DNA of 64,000 nt from Octopus vulgaris. Its lineage: Eukaryota. This document shows positions 12,217 to 24,459 of the stretch, piece by piece. The notes beneath the pieces are model-generated. The model was not told the DNA's origin, ran no database searches, and worked only from the letters and a program-made list of their open reading frames with translations. A program made the position numbers and the translations under genes. Each line of letters begins with the position of its first letter. The stretch's first letter is position 1. The stretch spans positions 53,754,001-53,818,000 of the forward strand of contig OX597833.1 of the NCBI GenBank assembly GCA_951406725.2, given 5' to 3'.

Positions 12217-12371
12217 GCTGCTACTACTACTGCTGCTACTACTACTACTACTACCACTACTACTACGACTGCTGCTGCTACTACTACTACTACCACGACT
12301 GCTGCTGCTGCTACTACTACCACCACTATCACTACTACTACCACCACTACCACTACTACAACTACTGCTGG

Positions 12372-12411
<40 letters not shown>

Positions 12412-12430
12412 GCTGCTACTACTACTGCTG

Positions 12431-12464
<34 letters not shown>

Positions 12465-12541
12465 GACTGCTGCTGCTGCTACTACTACTACCACTACTAC
12501 TACGACTGCTGCTGCTACTACTACCACGACTGCTGCTGCTG

Positions 12542-12594
<53 letters not shown>
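12052..12594. repeat. Compound trinucleotide repeat (CTA/CTG/CCA)n with higher-order ~190-bp period
   Basis: The marker ACAACTACTGCTGGTACT occurs at about 12169 and 12358. Confidence 0.95.
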
Positions 12595-12595
<1 letters not shown>

Positions 12596-12803
12596 AGACG
12601 ATTGCTGTGACCACTGTTGCCGGGCGCGAATGTCTTGCGAATTTCCGCTATTCTACCTCCGTAACTTAAAATAATATTGCACACTCAATAAGTAAACAAT
12701 TGAAATATTTTGCCATACTTATTCCTTGACAGACAAAGAGACATACATAAATTTTAGTAAAATGAACAAGAAATACGTTTTCTAACAGCCATACTGACTG
12801 ACG

Positions 12804-12826
12804 TATATATATATATATATATATAT

Positions 12827-12861
<35 letters not shown>

Positions 12862-12976
12862 CATATACATATCCATATATACATATACATATCCATATAT
12901 ACATATGCATATAAACATATGCATATATACATATACACATATATACATATATATATATATATATATACATATATAA

Positions 12977-13031
<55 letters not shown>

Positions 13032-13065
13032 TTTATTTATACATACATACATATATGTATATAGA
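12804..13065. repeat. Compound (TA)n/(TACA)n/(CA)n microsatellite
   Basis: Direct inspection. Confidence 0.95.
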
Positions 13066-13551
13066 TGCACCATTAATTTTCTGGCAACAGATGGTCCGGC
13101 ACCTCCTACAATCTGGATATGAGGCATGAGGAAGGACTTGAAATTCCTGTGGCTGTCTGTCTAGTTCACTTCATGATCACAGGTGGCACTGCATGCACCG
13201 TATGTTTACTGCATTTTATACACTGCACTCATTAGGTGGCCATACCAAAATTTTGAGAGATCCTCTGCTTGTTTAGCTTAAAGTTACCCTTAGCTTATTG
13301 GCTTCTACAGATAAGAGAACCGGGTGCATTGGGGGTGGTGGGTGTCAGAAACGTAAACACCAATACATATCAGTCCGAGATAAAAGTAGAACTGTGGTGC
13401 TTCGGTACGTAAGCTGTGGGGTAGAATTACTAGGTTAGAGGTGTGTCGATGGATTACTATCATGTACCCATGGGTGGTCTGGCAAACATGTTTTTTCCAT
13501 CAAGGTTTCGGAATCAAAGATATCCGAAAATCAGTGGTATATGTGTAGGCT

Positions 13552-13790
13552 ATCATCACCATTATCGTTTAATGTCTGTTTTCCATGCTGGCATGGGTTG
13601 GACGGCTTGGCTAGAGCTGGCAAGCTGCACCAGGTTCCAGTCATGTCTTGGTTTCTACTAATGGATGTCCTTCGTAATGCCAACCATTTTACAGAGTGTA
13701 CTGGGTGCTTTTCCCGTGGCACCAGCATAAGGTGAGTTTTCACGTGGCACCGGCACAGGTGTTTTTTTTTTACAAAGCACCAGCACATTG
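13552..13790 (-). mobile_element. Degenerate family R retroposon
   Basis: TTCCATGCTGGCATGGGTTGGACGG...GGATGTCCTTCGTAATGCCAACC. Confidence 0.75.
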
Positions 13791-14099
13791 GACCATTGGT
13801 CAACGGGTAACTTGCAAGATAAAGCCCCCCTTCAGTTGAGAGGGGAGCATTAACCAAGGTATCTATATGAATTTTTTAGAAGGTGGAGGCTGACAGTGAC
13901 TTCCAAGTTTGGACTTACTAGCCATCATCAAGCTGATGGTGAGTAGTAGACCTAAACTTCAGAGTCACTGTCAACCATTCCCTTGTAAAAATGAAAAGAT
14001 ATGGTCCTCTGCTTGAAAGAACTGAGTGATCATTCAGTTTAAGGCCCCATTGTTTTTATGTATAATTTTACATACACATTCGTCTGATGAAATGATAAG

Positions 14100-15140
14100 G
14101 GTCACCTAGTCATCCCGAAGGATGACTAATGATTTGTGCAGTAATTGTGTTTAAAGTGAAGAAAAGTTGAGCACTGTCAACCTAATTCACTTGTCCATGA
14201 CCATTTTCAATCCAGTGGCAAGACTAGGTCAAGACGACTGGGGATGGGGATGGAGGCAATGGATGACCAAGATGTCTGACTTGTATCATCTGGCCTTCCT
14301 CTCAGTTGAAACAAAAGTCCACTGGATCCAGCCTCCATATGCATATGTAGGAAAATCCTAATGTGCTACTTAACCTGACAGGTGCTAACTACAATTCTGG
14401 GTCAGAGTAGACCTGGGAATAATGATGACTAAGAAGTGGCTTCACTTTCCTCAAAACTCCAAAATTCCTGAACCAAGGCATAGCTAATCCACTAACATCA
14501 CCCAGACAATATATAACCATCAAGTTTACCATTTTTGCTCTTTTGATCTAGAGTTGTTGTTTGGATAAACGTACCTCTGAGGTGGTTGAAATTTTCTTTT
14601 AGAAATTAAATCATCATCATCATTTAATGTCTGTGCACCATGCTAGCATAGGCCGAATGGTCTGATAGCATCCAACAAGCTGGAGGACAGTGTTCTACAC
14701 CAATATCTGCTTTGGCATTGTAGCTATGGCTGGGTTTCCTTCCCCGCACCAATTACTTCACATTTATTTCTATATAAGCCTCCGTCTGTTATTAATGACT
14801 ATGGATAAAGGTTTATCCATGGTCCTACTAGAACAGCTATCCCTGCAGTATAGGGTGTTCATTAGGACCCAGGCCTGGGCAGTATGGTAGGGACGACAAG
14901 TTGTTACTCATGCAGTATGACCCCTGCTCTCCATATCAGTGACGGATCCAAAGGAATCATTACTGTTTGATACAAGCATCAAATTGTCTCAGGGGCCTGA
15001 TTCCCAATTTTTCTTCAGGGTTTACTCCTGAAGCTTTTCCCCAAAGCTGAATATGATTTGCAAAGCAGCAAATGTTTGGAATCACTTTTTTTGGTCTACT
15101 AGAGGTGTTACCTCCCCCAGGCTAACAAGCTTCAAAGGTC
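14100..15140 (-). mobile_element. Fragments resembling RTE LINE 5' regions (14100-14300 and 14900-15140)
   Basis: Motifs TCCAGTGGCAAGAC..GTCAAGACGACTGG..ATGGATGACC and CAGGGTTTACTCCTGAAGC recall antisense RTE 5'UTRs; from memory, not aligned. Confidence 0.35.
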
Positions 15141-15802
15141 CAAAAAATACCACAACACCATTCCATCACCTCTGTATACGGGGATGGGGGGGGGGCAAAA
15201 ACCAAAAAAAAAAAAAAAAGATACAAAACTAAACAAGAAGGAAAAAACAAAAAAACCAAAACCAAAACAAACAAATCATCTCAACACTATCCATATCATC
15301 AGCATCGTTATCACTTTGATTATTAAACTCGTGGCATTGGTTCCGTGCCAAGTCTACAAATGTCATGTCTCACAGAGAAGATGATTGCTGCTCACCATCT
15401 ACCAATATTCAGTAGTTGTGTTTACAAGGAGTCAGGTGTTTTATATACCCTTATAAAAAAAACAACATGTTTTGAAAGGAAAACAATAGATAGGACAGAA
15501 GGAGACACAATCTATAAAGTATAAAATAGTAAAGGAGAAAAAAAACAAAAAACAAAAAAAAACTTTCAGGCCTTTAGAAATTTTTCAGACTAGAAGGAAA
15601 GAAAACCGTTTGTTTGCAAAGAAGATAAGAAGCAAAAATCCCAGCATGTCTTTTAATTTTCAATTTAGTATGGAAAAATAGTAAACGGAGTAAATATATG
15701 TATAGAAAGTCATAAGCGAAAGAAAAGCAAGGAATTGTCTTTTTCTATTGAATCTCGCTTCCGATTCTTGGCACACATGTATGTGTATGTGTGTGTGTGT
15801 GT

Positions 15803-16320
15803 TTATCTTTTATGTGTTTCAGTCATTAGACAGCAACCATGCTAGGGAACCGCTTTTTTAAAAATTTTATTTAAAAAAAAATTTATCTAGTTTCAGCTCA
15901 CGAGCTGTGGCCATGGAACGCTTCACGAATTTGCGTGTCATCCTTGCGTAGGGGCCATGCTAATCTTCTCTGTATCATTCCAATTTTAGAATATGTACCG
16001 CCGTAGCTTTCAAGAATTTTAGCTAAACAAATCGACCTCAGGACTTACTCTACTGCTCACTTTTTGCCGAACAGCTAGTTTATGGGATGTAAACATACCA
16101 ACACTGGTTGTCAAGTAATAGTGAGGGACAAACAGACATAAAGGCACCCACCCAAACACACACATACGATGGGCTCCTTTCGGTTTCCGACTACCAAATC
16201 TACTCACAAAGTTTTGGTCGGTCAGGAGCTACAGCAGAAGACACTTGCTCAAGGTGCCATGCAGTGGGACTGAACCGAGAACCATGTGATCAGGAAGTGG
16301 CATTTTTACCATACAGTCAT
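15803..16320 (-). mobile_element. Family S SINE interrupted by the U6 chimera
   Basis: S sequence lies on both sides of 15857-16007. Confidence 0.8.
15913..16007 (-). pseudogene. U6: U6 snRNA retrocopy fused to a retroelement tail
   Basis: Minus strand GCTACGGCGGTACATATTCTAAAATTGGAATGATACAGAGAAGATTAGCATGGCCCCTACGCAAGGATGACACGCAAATTCGTGAAGCGTTCCAT, including the ACAGAGA box and AGC triad. It lacks the first ~6 nt and the oligo-U end and sits inside a SINE. Confidence 0.95.
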
Positions 16321-16517
16321 GTTGACAAATGACAGAAAGTGGCACTCAGCACAATTCGTAAGAGTGACAAATATTATTTAATAACAATCTGAATCGGCCC
16401 CATGACACTTCAAGTTACATAGGGTTCGTAGAATGCCCCGGACCTCATCAGGCATCTTAAGAGACAGCTCAAGTTGTTTGAAGAGATATGGTCATTCAAT
16501 GAGCCTACGAAACCAAG

Positions 16518-16778
16518 TTGCTAAGTTACGGGGATGTAAACACACCAACACTGGTTGTCAAGTGATGGCGGCGGGGGGTGGGGGGTAAACACAGAAACAC
16601 AAACATATACATATACAATGGGCTTCTTTCAGTTTCCGTCTACGAAATCCACTCACAAGGCTTTGGTTGGCCTAAGGCTATAGTAGAAGATACTTGCCCA
16701 AGGTGCCATGCAGTGGGACTGAACCCAGAACTATGTTGCTGGGGAACAAGCTTCTTACCACACAGCCACACCTTTGCC
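16518..16778 (-). mobile_element. Family S SINE, 3'-truncated
   Basis: Collinear with the consensus. Confidence 0.85.
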
Positions 16779-16782
16779 TTTG

Positions 16783-16833
<51 letters not shown>

Positions 16834-16913
16834 TATATGTATATATATACAAACACACACAGAGCCATATATGTATATAAGCATATGTATATACAAATAT
16901 TCATGCTTAAATG

Positions 16914-16955
<42 letters not shown>

Positions 16956-18017
16956 TACGCACGTATATATGCAGATGTGTGTGTGTATGTATATATACAT
17001 ATGTACAGACACACACACACATATGAAAGCAGAAGTGAGATGGCGGAAAAGCTATTGTTATGTTATATACAAGACAAGCATGAGAATTCAGGCACCTTCT
17101 GAGGTGAGGAGAGGCGGAGGTAAGGTGGCGGCATGGTGCATGGAACCAGAGATGGCGGTGGGGAAAGCGAGAGGGAAGGAGAGATAGGGGAGAGAGAGAG
17201 AAAGTGCGAGAGAGTGAGAAAGAAAGAGGAGAGACTCGTTGGTTGGTGTTGTTGCAACAAGCATTTCCGCACAGTGGTGAAAAATTGCTCAGAAAAATGG
17301 TTGGTTTCAGGATTGTCGATGGCAAGGGAGAGAGGAAGAGGCGGAAGAGGAGGCAGAGGAGGAGAGAGGAGGCGGAGGAGGAGAGAGGAGGCAGAGGAGG
17401 AGGAGAGAAGTGCACTGACTGCTGCGCTATTAATGCTACGGCTGCAGCTATCAACATTGAAATAGCTATTAGCAAGATTTAACAAGCAGCCACACACACA
17501 CACACAGAGACACACACACACAGACACGCACACACACATACACACGCATGCATGCATACACGTGCACACACTTCGGTACGGCTCTCAGTCTCTTCTGCTG
17601 TAAATGACAAACTCATCAACAAGCTGCTATTTAAATTACAGTCCAACTGCAACTGTTGTTATTGCTCTGCCTGTTGTTGTGGTTGTTGCCGTTGTTGTTG
17701 TTGTCGTTGTTACCGTGCTGCTGCTGCAGTTGTTGTTGATATGACAACAGATTCTGGTGTAGTAGAATTTTGCTGTTATCACAAGCGTTATATATATTAT
17801 CATGACTACTATTCATTACCCGTTTTGCTATTCTCGCCAACCACTGACGATGCTAAAAAAATCCCAGCCGATGTCTCCTCCTTCGCGCAACCACACATTA
17901 GATTTGACCATTCCAATAACGATGATGATGATGATGATGATTATTGTTGTTGTTGTTATTATTATTATTATTATTAATTCAATCTGTTGCACAGATGAAG
18001 GCTAGCAGAGTACGAGC

Positions 18018-18670
18018 CACCACCACTACTACCACCGACGAGACTAAAGCAACAAGGATGACCATTGCCATTACTTACACAGCATTGCTGCCACCACCAC
18101 CATTACCACCATCCCCATCACCACTACCACTACCACTACAAACATCATCACAACCATCTTCGCTACCACCGCCAACACCATCCCTATCTGCACCATCGCC
18201 GCCACCAACGCCACTACTACTAACACTACTGCCAACACCATCCCACCTCTGTCACAACCAAACCCAACATTGCTATCTCCATTAGCGTCGTCACCACCAC
18301 CAAAACAGCTACCAGCACCACCACCATTTTCACCACCGTCCCCATCACCACCACCACTACCAATATCATCACAACCATCTTCGCCACCACCAACACCACT
18401 ACTACTAACACTACCGCCAACACCATCCCCATCACTGTCACCACCAAACCCAACATCGCTATCTCCATTAGCACCATCACTACCACCACCAAAACAGCTA
18501 CCAGCACCACCACCATCGCAACCACCTTCATCACCACCAACACCATCCCTGTCTGCACCATAATCGCCACAACCACCACCAACACCACCTCCATCATCAC
18601 TGTCACTGCTGCTAATACTACAACCACCACCGCTACAACTGCCATTGCCCCACCATCACCGCTACAATCG
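18018..18670. repeat. (CCA/CAT)-rich cryptic repeat with ~186-bp internal duplication
   Basis: GCTATCTCCATTAGC...CAAAACAGCTACCAGCACC occurs at about 18272 and 18458. Confidence 0.85.
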
Positions 18671-19475
18671 ACACTCAGAGCTCAATGTTAGTTTATCACT
18701 TAAACACCAGTATCAACGATCCTGTAAATCTTTGGTGCCGCCACTGTTAATATTAACTTAGGACTTAATTTTCCAAAGCTTACAAAGAATCTATTAAAGA
18801 TTTTAAGGTTTTTAAACCAAGAATTTCCTCTAAGAGTTTCCCATCATATAATTTGGTTATCTGACATTTTCACTCTTTAGTTGAGAAGTTAATCTTCCAA
18901 TGAAATCCCAAGGATCCACAACAATCCGGTGTTTATTTCTCATTTCTGTTGAATTAAGCAAATGCAAAATAAAATCTCCGCGATGATTGGAGTGAAATTG
19001 CACCCAGCATCTCAAGTCAACCAAATAACCATCAATTCTAATGTTATTGCTGCGTACAACATTGTATTACGCCATTCAAGGAATTTACTTAAAGCTGGGC
19101 AAACAATGAGAGAACAGGCCGATGTGGTTATCACTCGTCCTGCTAGAAATAGCAACCAAATTTCTCTCAAGTCACACAGCGTGATGTCTTGAACAGGGAG
19201 GGATACATTGATTAATGCAGTCCTAGATACACAATGCAGGAGAGAAGGATGAGATAATTATAACTGGAAACACTTTAATTATAGATTAACAAACAATGAT
19301 AAAACAGCCTTGTGGTTATTACTTGCACTGCTGGAAATAGCAGCTAATTTTCTCTTGAATCACACAAACTGATATGAAAACAGAAGGACACACTGAATAA
19401 TCTAGTCCTAGATACACAAGGACTGAGGAAAGTATGAGGTGATTATAACTGGAAAGCCTTCATTCACATATCATA

Positions 19476-19888
19476 GGCGCAGGAGTGGCTGTGTGGTAAG
19501 TAGCTTGCTTACCAACCACATGGTTTCGGGTTCAGTTCCAATGCATGACACCTTGGGCAAGTGTCTTCTACTATAGCCTCGGGCCGACCAAAGCCTTCTG
19601 AGTGGATTTGGTAGACGGAAACTGAAAGAAGCCTGTCATATATATGTATATATATATGTGTGTGTGCGTGTGTGCTTGTGTGTCTGTGTTTGTCACCCTA
19701 GCATTGCTTGACAACCGATGCTGGTGTGTTTATGTCCCCGTCACTTAGCGGTTCGGCAAAAAGAGACCGATAGAATAAGTACTGGGCTTACAAAGAATAA
19801 GTCCTGGGGTCGAGTTGCTCAACTAAAGGCGGTGCTCCAGCATGGCCACAGTCAAATGACTGAAACAAGTCAAAGACTAAAAAAGTAA
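19476..19888 (+). mobile_element. Family S SINE, full length
   Basis: Near-consensus copy. Confidence 0.92.
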
Positions 19889-20681
19889 GATCTGCTCAAT
19901 AGTGGCTAAACTGAGATAAAACAACTTAATCTTAATGATATCAGCCTACCAGTGACTGTCCCTAGGTATGTGATACAAAGTGACCAAGTTTTAATGCGTT
20001 CATATTGAAATTAAAACCCCCTAATATAATTTCATGTAAGAACATACAAAGTTATATTCTAACATCTCATCTATGCTATGACAACATGCATTGGAGATCA
20101 TGGGCCAAAGACCTCAGTGCCAAAGTCTCAAGATTTACGACTTTTCTTGGGATAGATACAGCAGTGGTTTTTCATTGCCTTCTGTCTGTTTAAGTCCCTA
20201 CTCACTCAAACTTCTGAATTCTTACACTGAAGCTTCATAACAGGTTACAGTTTAATATCTTGTCCGGGATAAGTTCTAATTATCAGCTTAATAATGAAAG
20301 AGTTAATTATTTTACTAAAGCCCTTCAAATTCTTGACTATGGCAACAAAAGGGTTAAAAGCTCAGTGGACTTAGCCATTGGAAGGTAAGAGTCAAAGACA
20401 TCAGACATACAACAGTAACAGCAGCAGGAGACGAATCACAAACCCTTCTCAGTTTGGATAGAAGTGATTTCTTTGCATATATATAAAGTAAAATGGATGA
20501 TTACACGTGGTGTCCTTTAGCAGACATGTAATACAGGGGAGATAATCATTTCTTTATAACATTTGGTAGGATTTGAAGTTAGTTTGAATTTAAAATTAAG
20601 GAATAAAGAAAAAGATGCATAGAATTACAGATTTCTTTTCCTTTTTTTTGCCAACTTATGAAGTTCTAAATATTTTTAGTC

Positions 20682-20821
20682 AGTGGCTTACCAACCACAT
20701 GGTTCCGGGTTCAGTCCCACTGTGTGGCACCTTGGGCAAGTGTCTTCTACTATAGCCTCAGGTTGACCAAAGCTTTGTGAGTGGATTTGGTAGACAGAAG
20801 CTGAAAGAAGCCCGTTGTATG

Positions 20822-20859
<38 letters not shown>

Positions 20860-21085
20860 CATGTATGTTTGTGTGTCTGTGTTTGTTCCCCTAGCATTGC
20901 TTGACAACCGATGCTGGTGTGTTTATGTCCCCGTCACTCAGCGGTTCGGCAAAAGAAACCGAAAGAATAAGTACTGGGCTTACAAAGAATAAGTCCCGGG
21001 ATCGAGTTGCTCGATTAAAGGCGGTGCTCCAGCATGGACGCAGTCAAATGACTGAAACAAGTAAAAGAGTAAAGAGTAAAGAGTA
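20682..21085 (+). mobile_element. Family S SINE, head partly deleted
   Basis: Near-consensus body and tail. Confidence 0.9.
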
Positions 21086-21646
21086 TAGTACTATTTCATT
21101 CCTTTTAGAAATTATCAGCATGTCGTAACCTTATGTATATTAATTACACATTTTATGAAGTGAAACATTTCTTACTGATGGAAAATAATAACATTATGTA
21201 AGAAATTCATGGAATGAGTGTTTTCCTTTTCATTTATTATCTCTTTTAAATCATGGAGCCCAACGTACTTTAGAGTAATAAATAATGATCTGTTTTATCA
21301 ACAGATAATGAGTATATTATATAATCTACCGAATCAATCTCATAATTACTGTTATAATTCTAGGAAGGGCAATATTAGATTAACTAACAATCCCTTTTTT
21401 GAGCCCTGCTCCTACCATAAAGTCAAAGCATAACATTCACATTTAAAATAAAATGAAAAATAATCCAATTAAATCAAAGGAAACAATTACCACTGGCTAC
21501 AATTTTGGGGGTGGGGTGGTGGAGGGGGGATAACAGATTTACTTCTTTTTAGCTTTTAATTTTCTAAATTGTTAGCAGTAAAGCACAATAATTACAACAA
21601 CTAGTAGTACTATTACTAGTAGTACTAATATTACTAAATATTAGAA

Positions 21647-21872
21647 GGTGGGGGGAGCTGGCAGAATCGTTAGCACTCTGAACCAAAATACTTAGCGACC
21701 TGTTGTTTGTCTTTATGTTCTGATTTCAAATTCCACCAAGGTTGACTTTGCTTTTCACCCTAGGGAGGGGGGAGGGGGCGATAAGATAAGTACCATTTGA
21801 GCACTGGCGTTGATGTAATCAAGATGCCTCCCCTTCCCCAAACACGCTGGCCTTGTGCCAAAATTTGAAACC
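21647..21872 (+). mobile_element. Degenerate family M SINE with alternative tail
   Basis: GAGCTGGCAGAATCGTTAGCAC head; tail GGCCTTGTGCCAAAATTTGAAAC. Confidence 0.7.
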
Positions 21873-21979
21873 ATTATTACTAAATATTAGTAATATGATC
21901 ACCAACACCAGTACCATTAATACGCAACAGTAAACACAATACAACCATTAATACTACTAGCATCAGTATTACTGATATT

Positions 21980-22656
21980 CTTTTCTACTTTAGGCACAAG
22001 GCCCAAAATTTTGGGGTAGGGGGGCCCGTCGATTAGATCAACCCCAATATGCAACTGGTACTTAATTTATCGACCCAGAAAGGATGAAAGGCAAAGTCGA
22101 CCTCGGCAGGATTTGAATTCAGAATGTAAAGGATCAACCCCAATATGCAACTGGTACTTAATTTATCGACCCAGAAAGGATGAAAGGCAAAGTCGACCTC
22201 GGCAGGATTTGAATTCAGAATGTAAAGACAGATGAAATACCTATTTCTTTACAACCCACAAGGGGCTAAACAGAGGAGACAAACAAGGACAGACAGATGG
22301 ATTAAGTAGATTACATCGACCCCAGTACATAACTGGTACTTAATTTATTGACCCTGAAAAGATGAAAAGCAAAGTTGACCTCGGCGGAATTTGAATTCAG
22401 AATGTAAAGACAGATGAAATACCTATTTCTTTACAACCCACAAAGGGCTAAACATAGAGGAGATAAACAAGGACAGACAGATGGATTAAGTCGATTATAT
22501 TGACCCCAGTGCATAACTGGTACTTAATTTATCGACCCCCGAAAGGACGAAAGGCAAAGTCGACCTCAGTGGAATTTGAACTCAGAACGTAACGGCAGAT
22601 GAAATACTGCTGAGCATTTTGCCCGGCGTGCTAACGTTTCTGCCAGCTAGCCATCT
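21980..22656 (-). mobile_element. Family M multimer (one head, tandem bodies, alternative tail)
   Basis: Repeated bodies between the 13-bp TSD TAT(T/C)ACTGATATT at 21967-21979 and 22657-22669. Confidence 0.85.
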
Positions 22657-22726
22657 TATCACTGATATTAACCACTATCGCTACCAGCACCATTAATGTA
22701 ACTACTACTGCTGCTATCAATATTGC

Positions 22727-23346
22727 TTTCTAATTTTGGCACAAGGCCAGCAAGTTTAAGGGAAATCAATTACATCAACCCCAGTAAATGACTAGTACTT
22801 ACTTCATCGACTCTGAAAGGACAAAAGGCAAAGAAGGCCTCGGCAAAAATTGACTGCAGAATGTAAAGATGAGCAAAATGCTGCCAAGCATTTTGCCTGA
22901 GGTGCTAGCAGAAAGCCTGAAATTTGAAGGGAAGGGGGCTAGTCGATTGATCTCATCAACACCCCACCAGACATAACTGATACTTATTTCATTGCTTCCA
23001 AAATGATGAAAGACAAAGTTGGCCTCAGCAGAATTTGAACTCAGAACGTAAAGACAGATGAAAAATACTGCAAAGCCTTCTGCCCGATGTGTTAAACAAT
23101 TCAGCCAGCTTGCCACCTTGTACATGCTGTTAAATAACCCTTTCTATTCTAGGCACAAGGCTTGAAATTTGGTGGGGGAAAGGGGCTAATTGATTCCATT
23201 GACCTGCCCCTAGGACATAACTAATACTTATTTCATTGCTCCTGAAATGATAAAAGACAAAGTTGGCTTCTGTGGAATTTGAACTCGGAATGTAAAGACA
23301 GATGAGAAGCAGCTAAACATAACAATTCTGCCATCTTGCTGCCTTA
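22727..23346 (-). mobile_element. Cluster of three degenerate family M SINEs
   Basis: Repeated GAAAGxCAAAG..GGCCTC.GCAGAATTTGAACTCAGAA segments. Confidence 0.7.
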
Positions 23347-23369
23347 CTACTAGCTAAACCATAACAATC

Positions 23370-23810
23370 TCAGTGCCATCACCAACACCATCTGCAACCA
23401 TCGCCACTGTTACTACTGTCAATATTAATACCATCATTAACACAACTGCTAACCAGCACCAGTGCCATCACCAACACCATTCATGCAACCATCACCGCTG
23501 TTACCAATACTATTGATGTAACGACTACCAGCGCCAATATTATTAATATGACCACCACTACTGGCACAAACACCATTAACACAACTGCTAACCAGCACCA
23601 GTGCCATCACCAACACCATTCATGCAACCATCGCCACTGTTACCAATACTATTGATATAACGACTACCAGCGCCAATATTATTAATATGACCACCACTAC
23701 TGGCACGAACACCGTTAGCACAACCATTGCCACTACCATCAATCAACACTGCTTGCAGAGCCACCGTCACCACCATTACCACCACTGCCATCACCACTGC
23801 TGCTGCACAC
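23370..23810. repeat. CCA/CAA-rich repeat with ~140-bp tandem duplication
   Basis: CACAACTGCTAACCAGCACCAGTGCCATCACC occurs at about 23440 and 23580. Confidence 0.85.
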
Positions 23811-24459
23811 AAATAATAATTCAAATTAGCAGATTAAATATCCAGACCCAACATTTCTGAGAAAAACACGAAGAAGCAAATAAATAAATAAATAACTAAA
23901 TAAATAAATATGGTAGAAGAGGCTTATGGAGATAAGACGTTTTACTTTTAACAAGGGGGAAAAAAAAAACCAACAGAAAATGAAATGTCTTTCAAATTAT
24001 TTTTAAAAAATCTAAACTGACGCAATATTGAAGTAAAATTAATATGAATGAAAGAAACAACCAGTTTGAATTAATTTTTTAAACGACTTACTGATTTAAA
24101 ATAGCAACACATTTTTAATACTTTAAATTTAAGACTAAACAAGCAGATTGAGGTTACTCAGTGAAATCTGTTATGTAAACACAGATACATATATGTATGT
24201 GTATATATATACGTGTATGTATGTGTGTGTGTGTGTTTGTGTGTGTCTATGTACAGTGATATGGGTTTATGTATGTGTACACATGCTTTAGGCTTCATCA
24301 TACTTTAGCCTTTCAACACCTGGTACAAAGCTACCCCCCTGTTGCAAATACTCTCAACCGACTTAATCAAAGAAGCTTTTTCCTGTCCAGCAAGTTTCTT
24401 AGTAACCTCACTAGTGCTTACGGTACCCAAAAAACGAGGAAAAAACAACAAAAAACCTA

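Noticed and set aside
12007-12684. 225-aa poly-Ser ORF and overlapping poly-Val ORF
   Set aside because: Products of a triplet repeat that is open in several frames; no domain and no convincing splice context.
15913-16007. Functional U6 gene
   Set aside because: 5'-truncated, no oligo-T terminator, several substitutions, and upstream sequence is SINE rather than a PSE/TATA promoter.
17944-18645. Proline-rich extensin- or mucin-like ORFs
   Set aside because: Derived from CCA-rich cryptic repeats with stops and frame changes between duplicated blocks.
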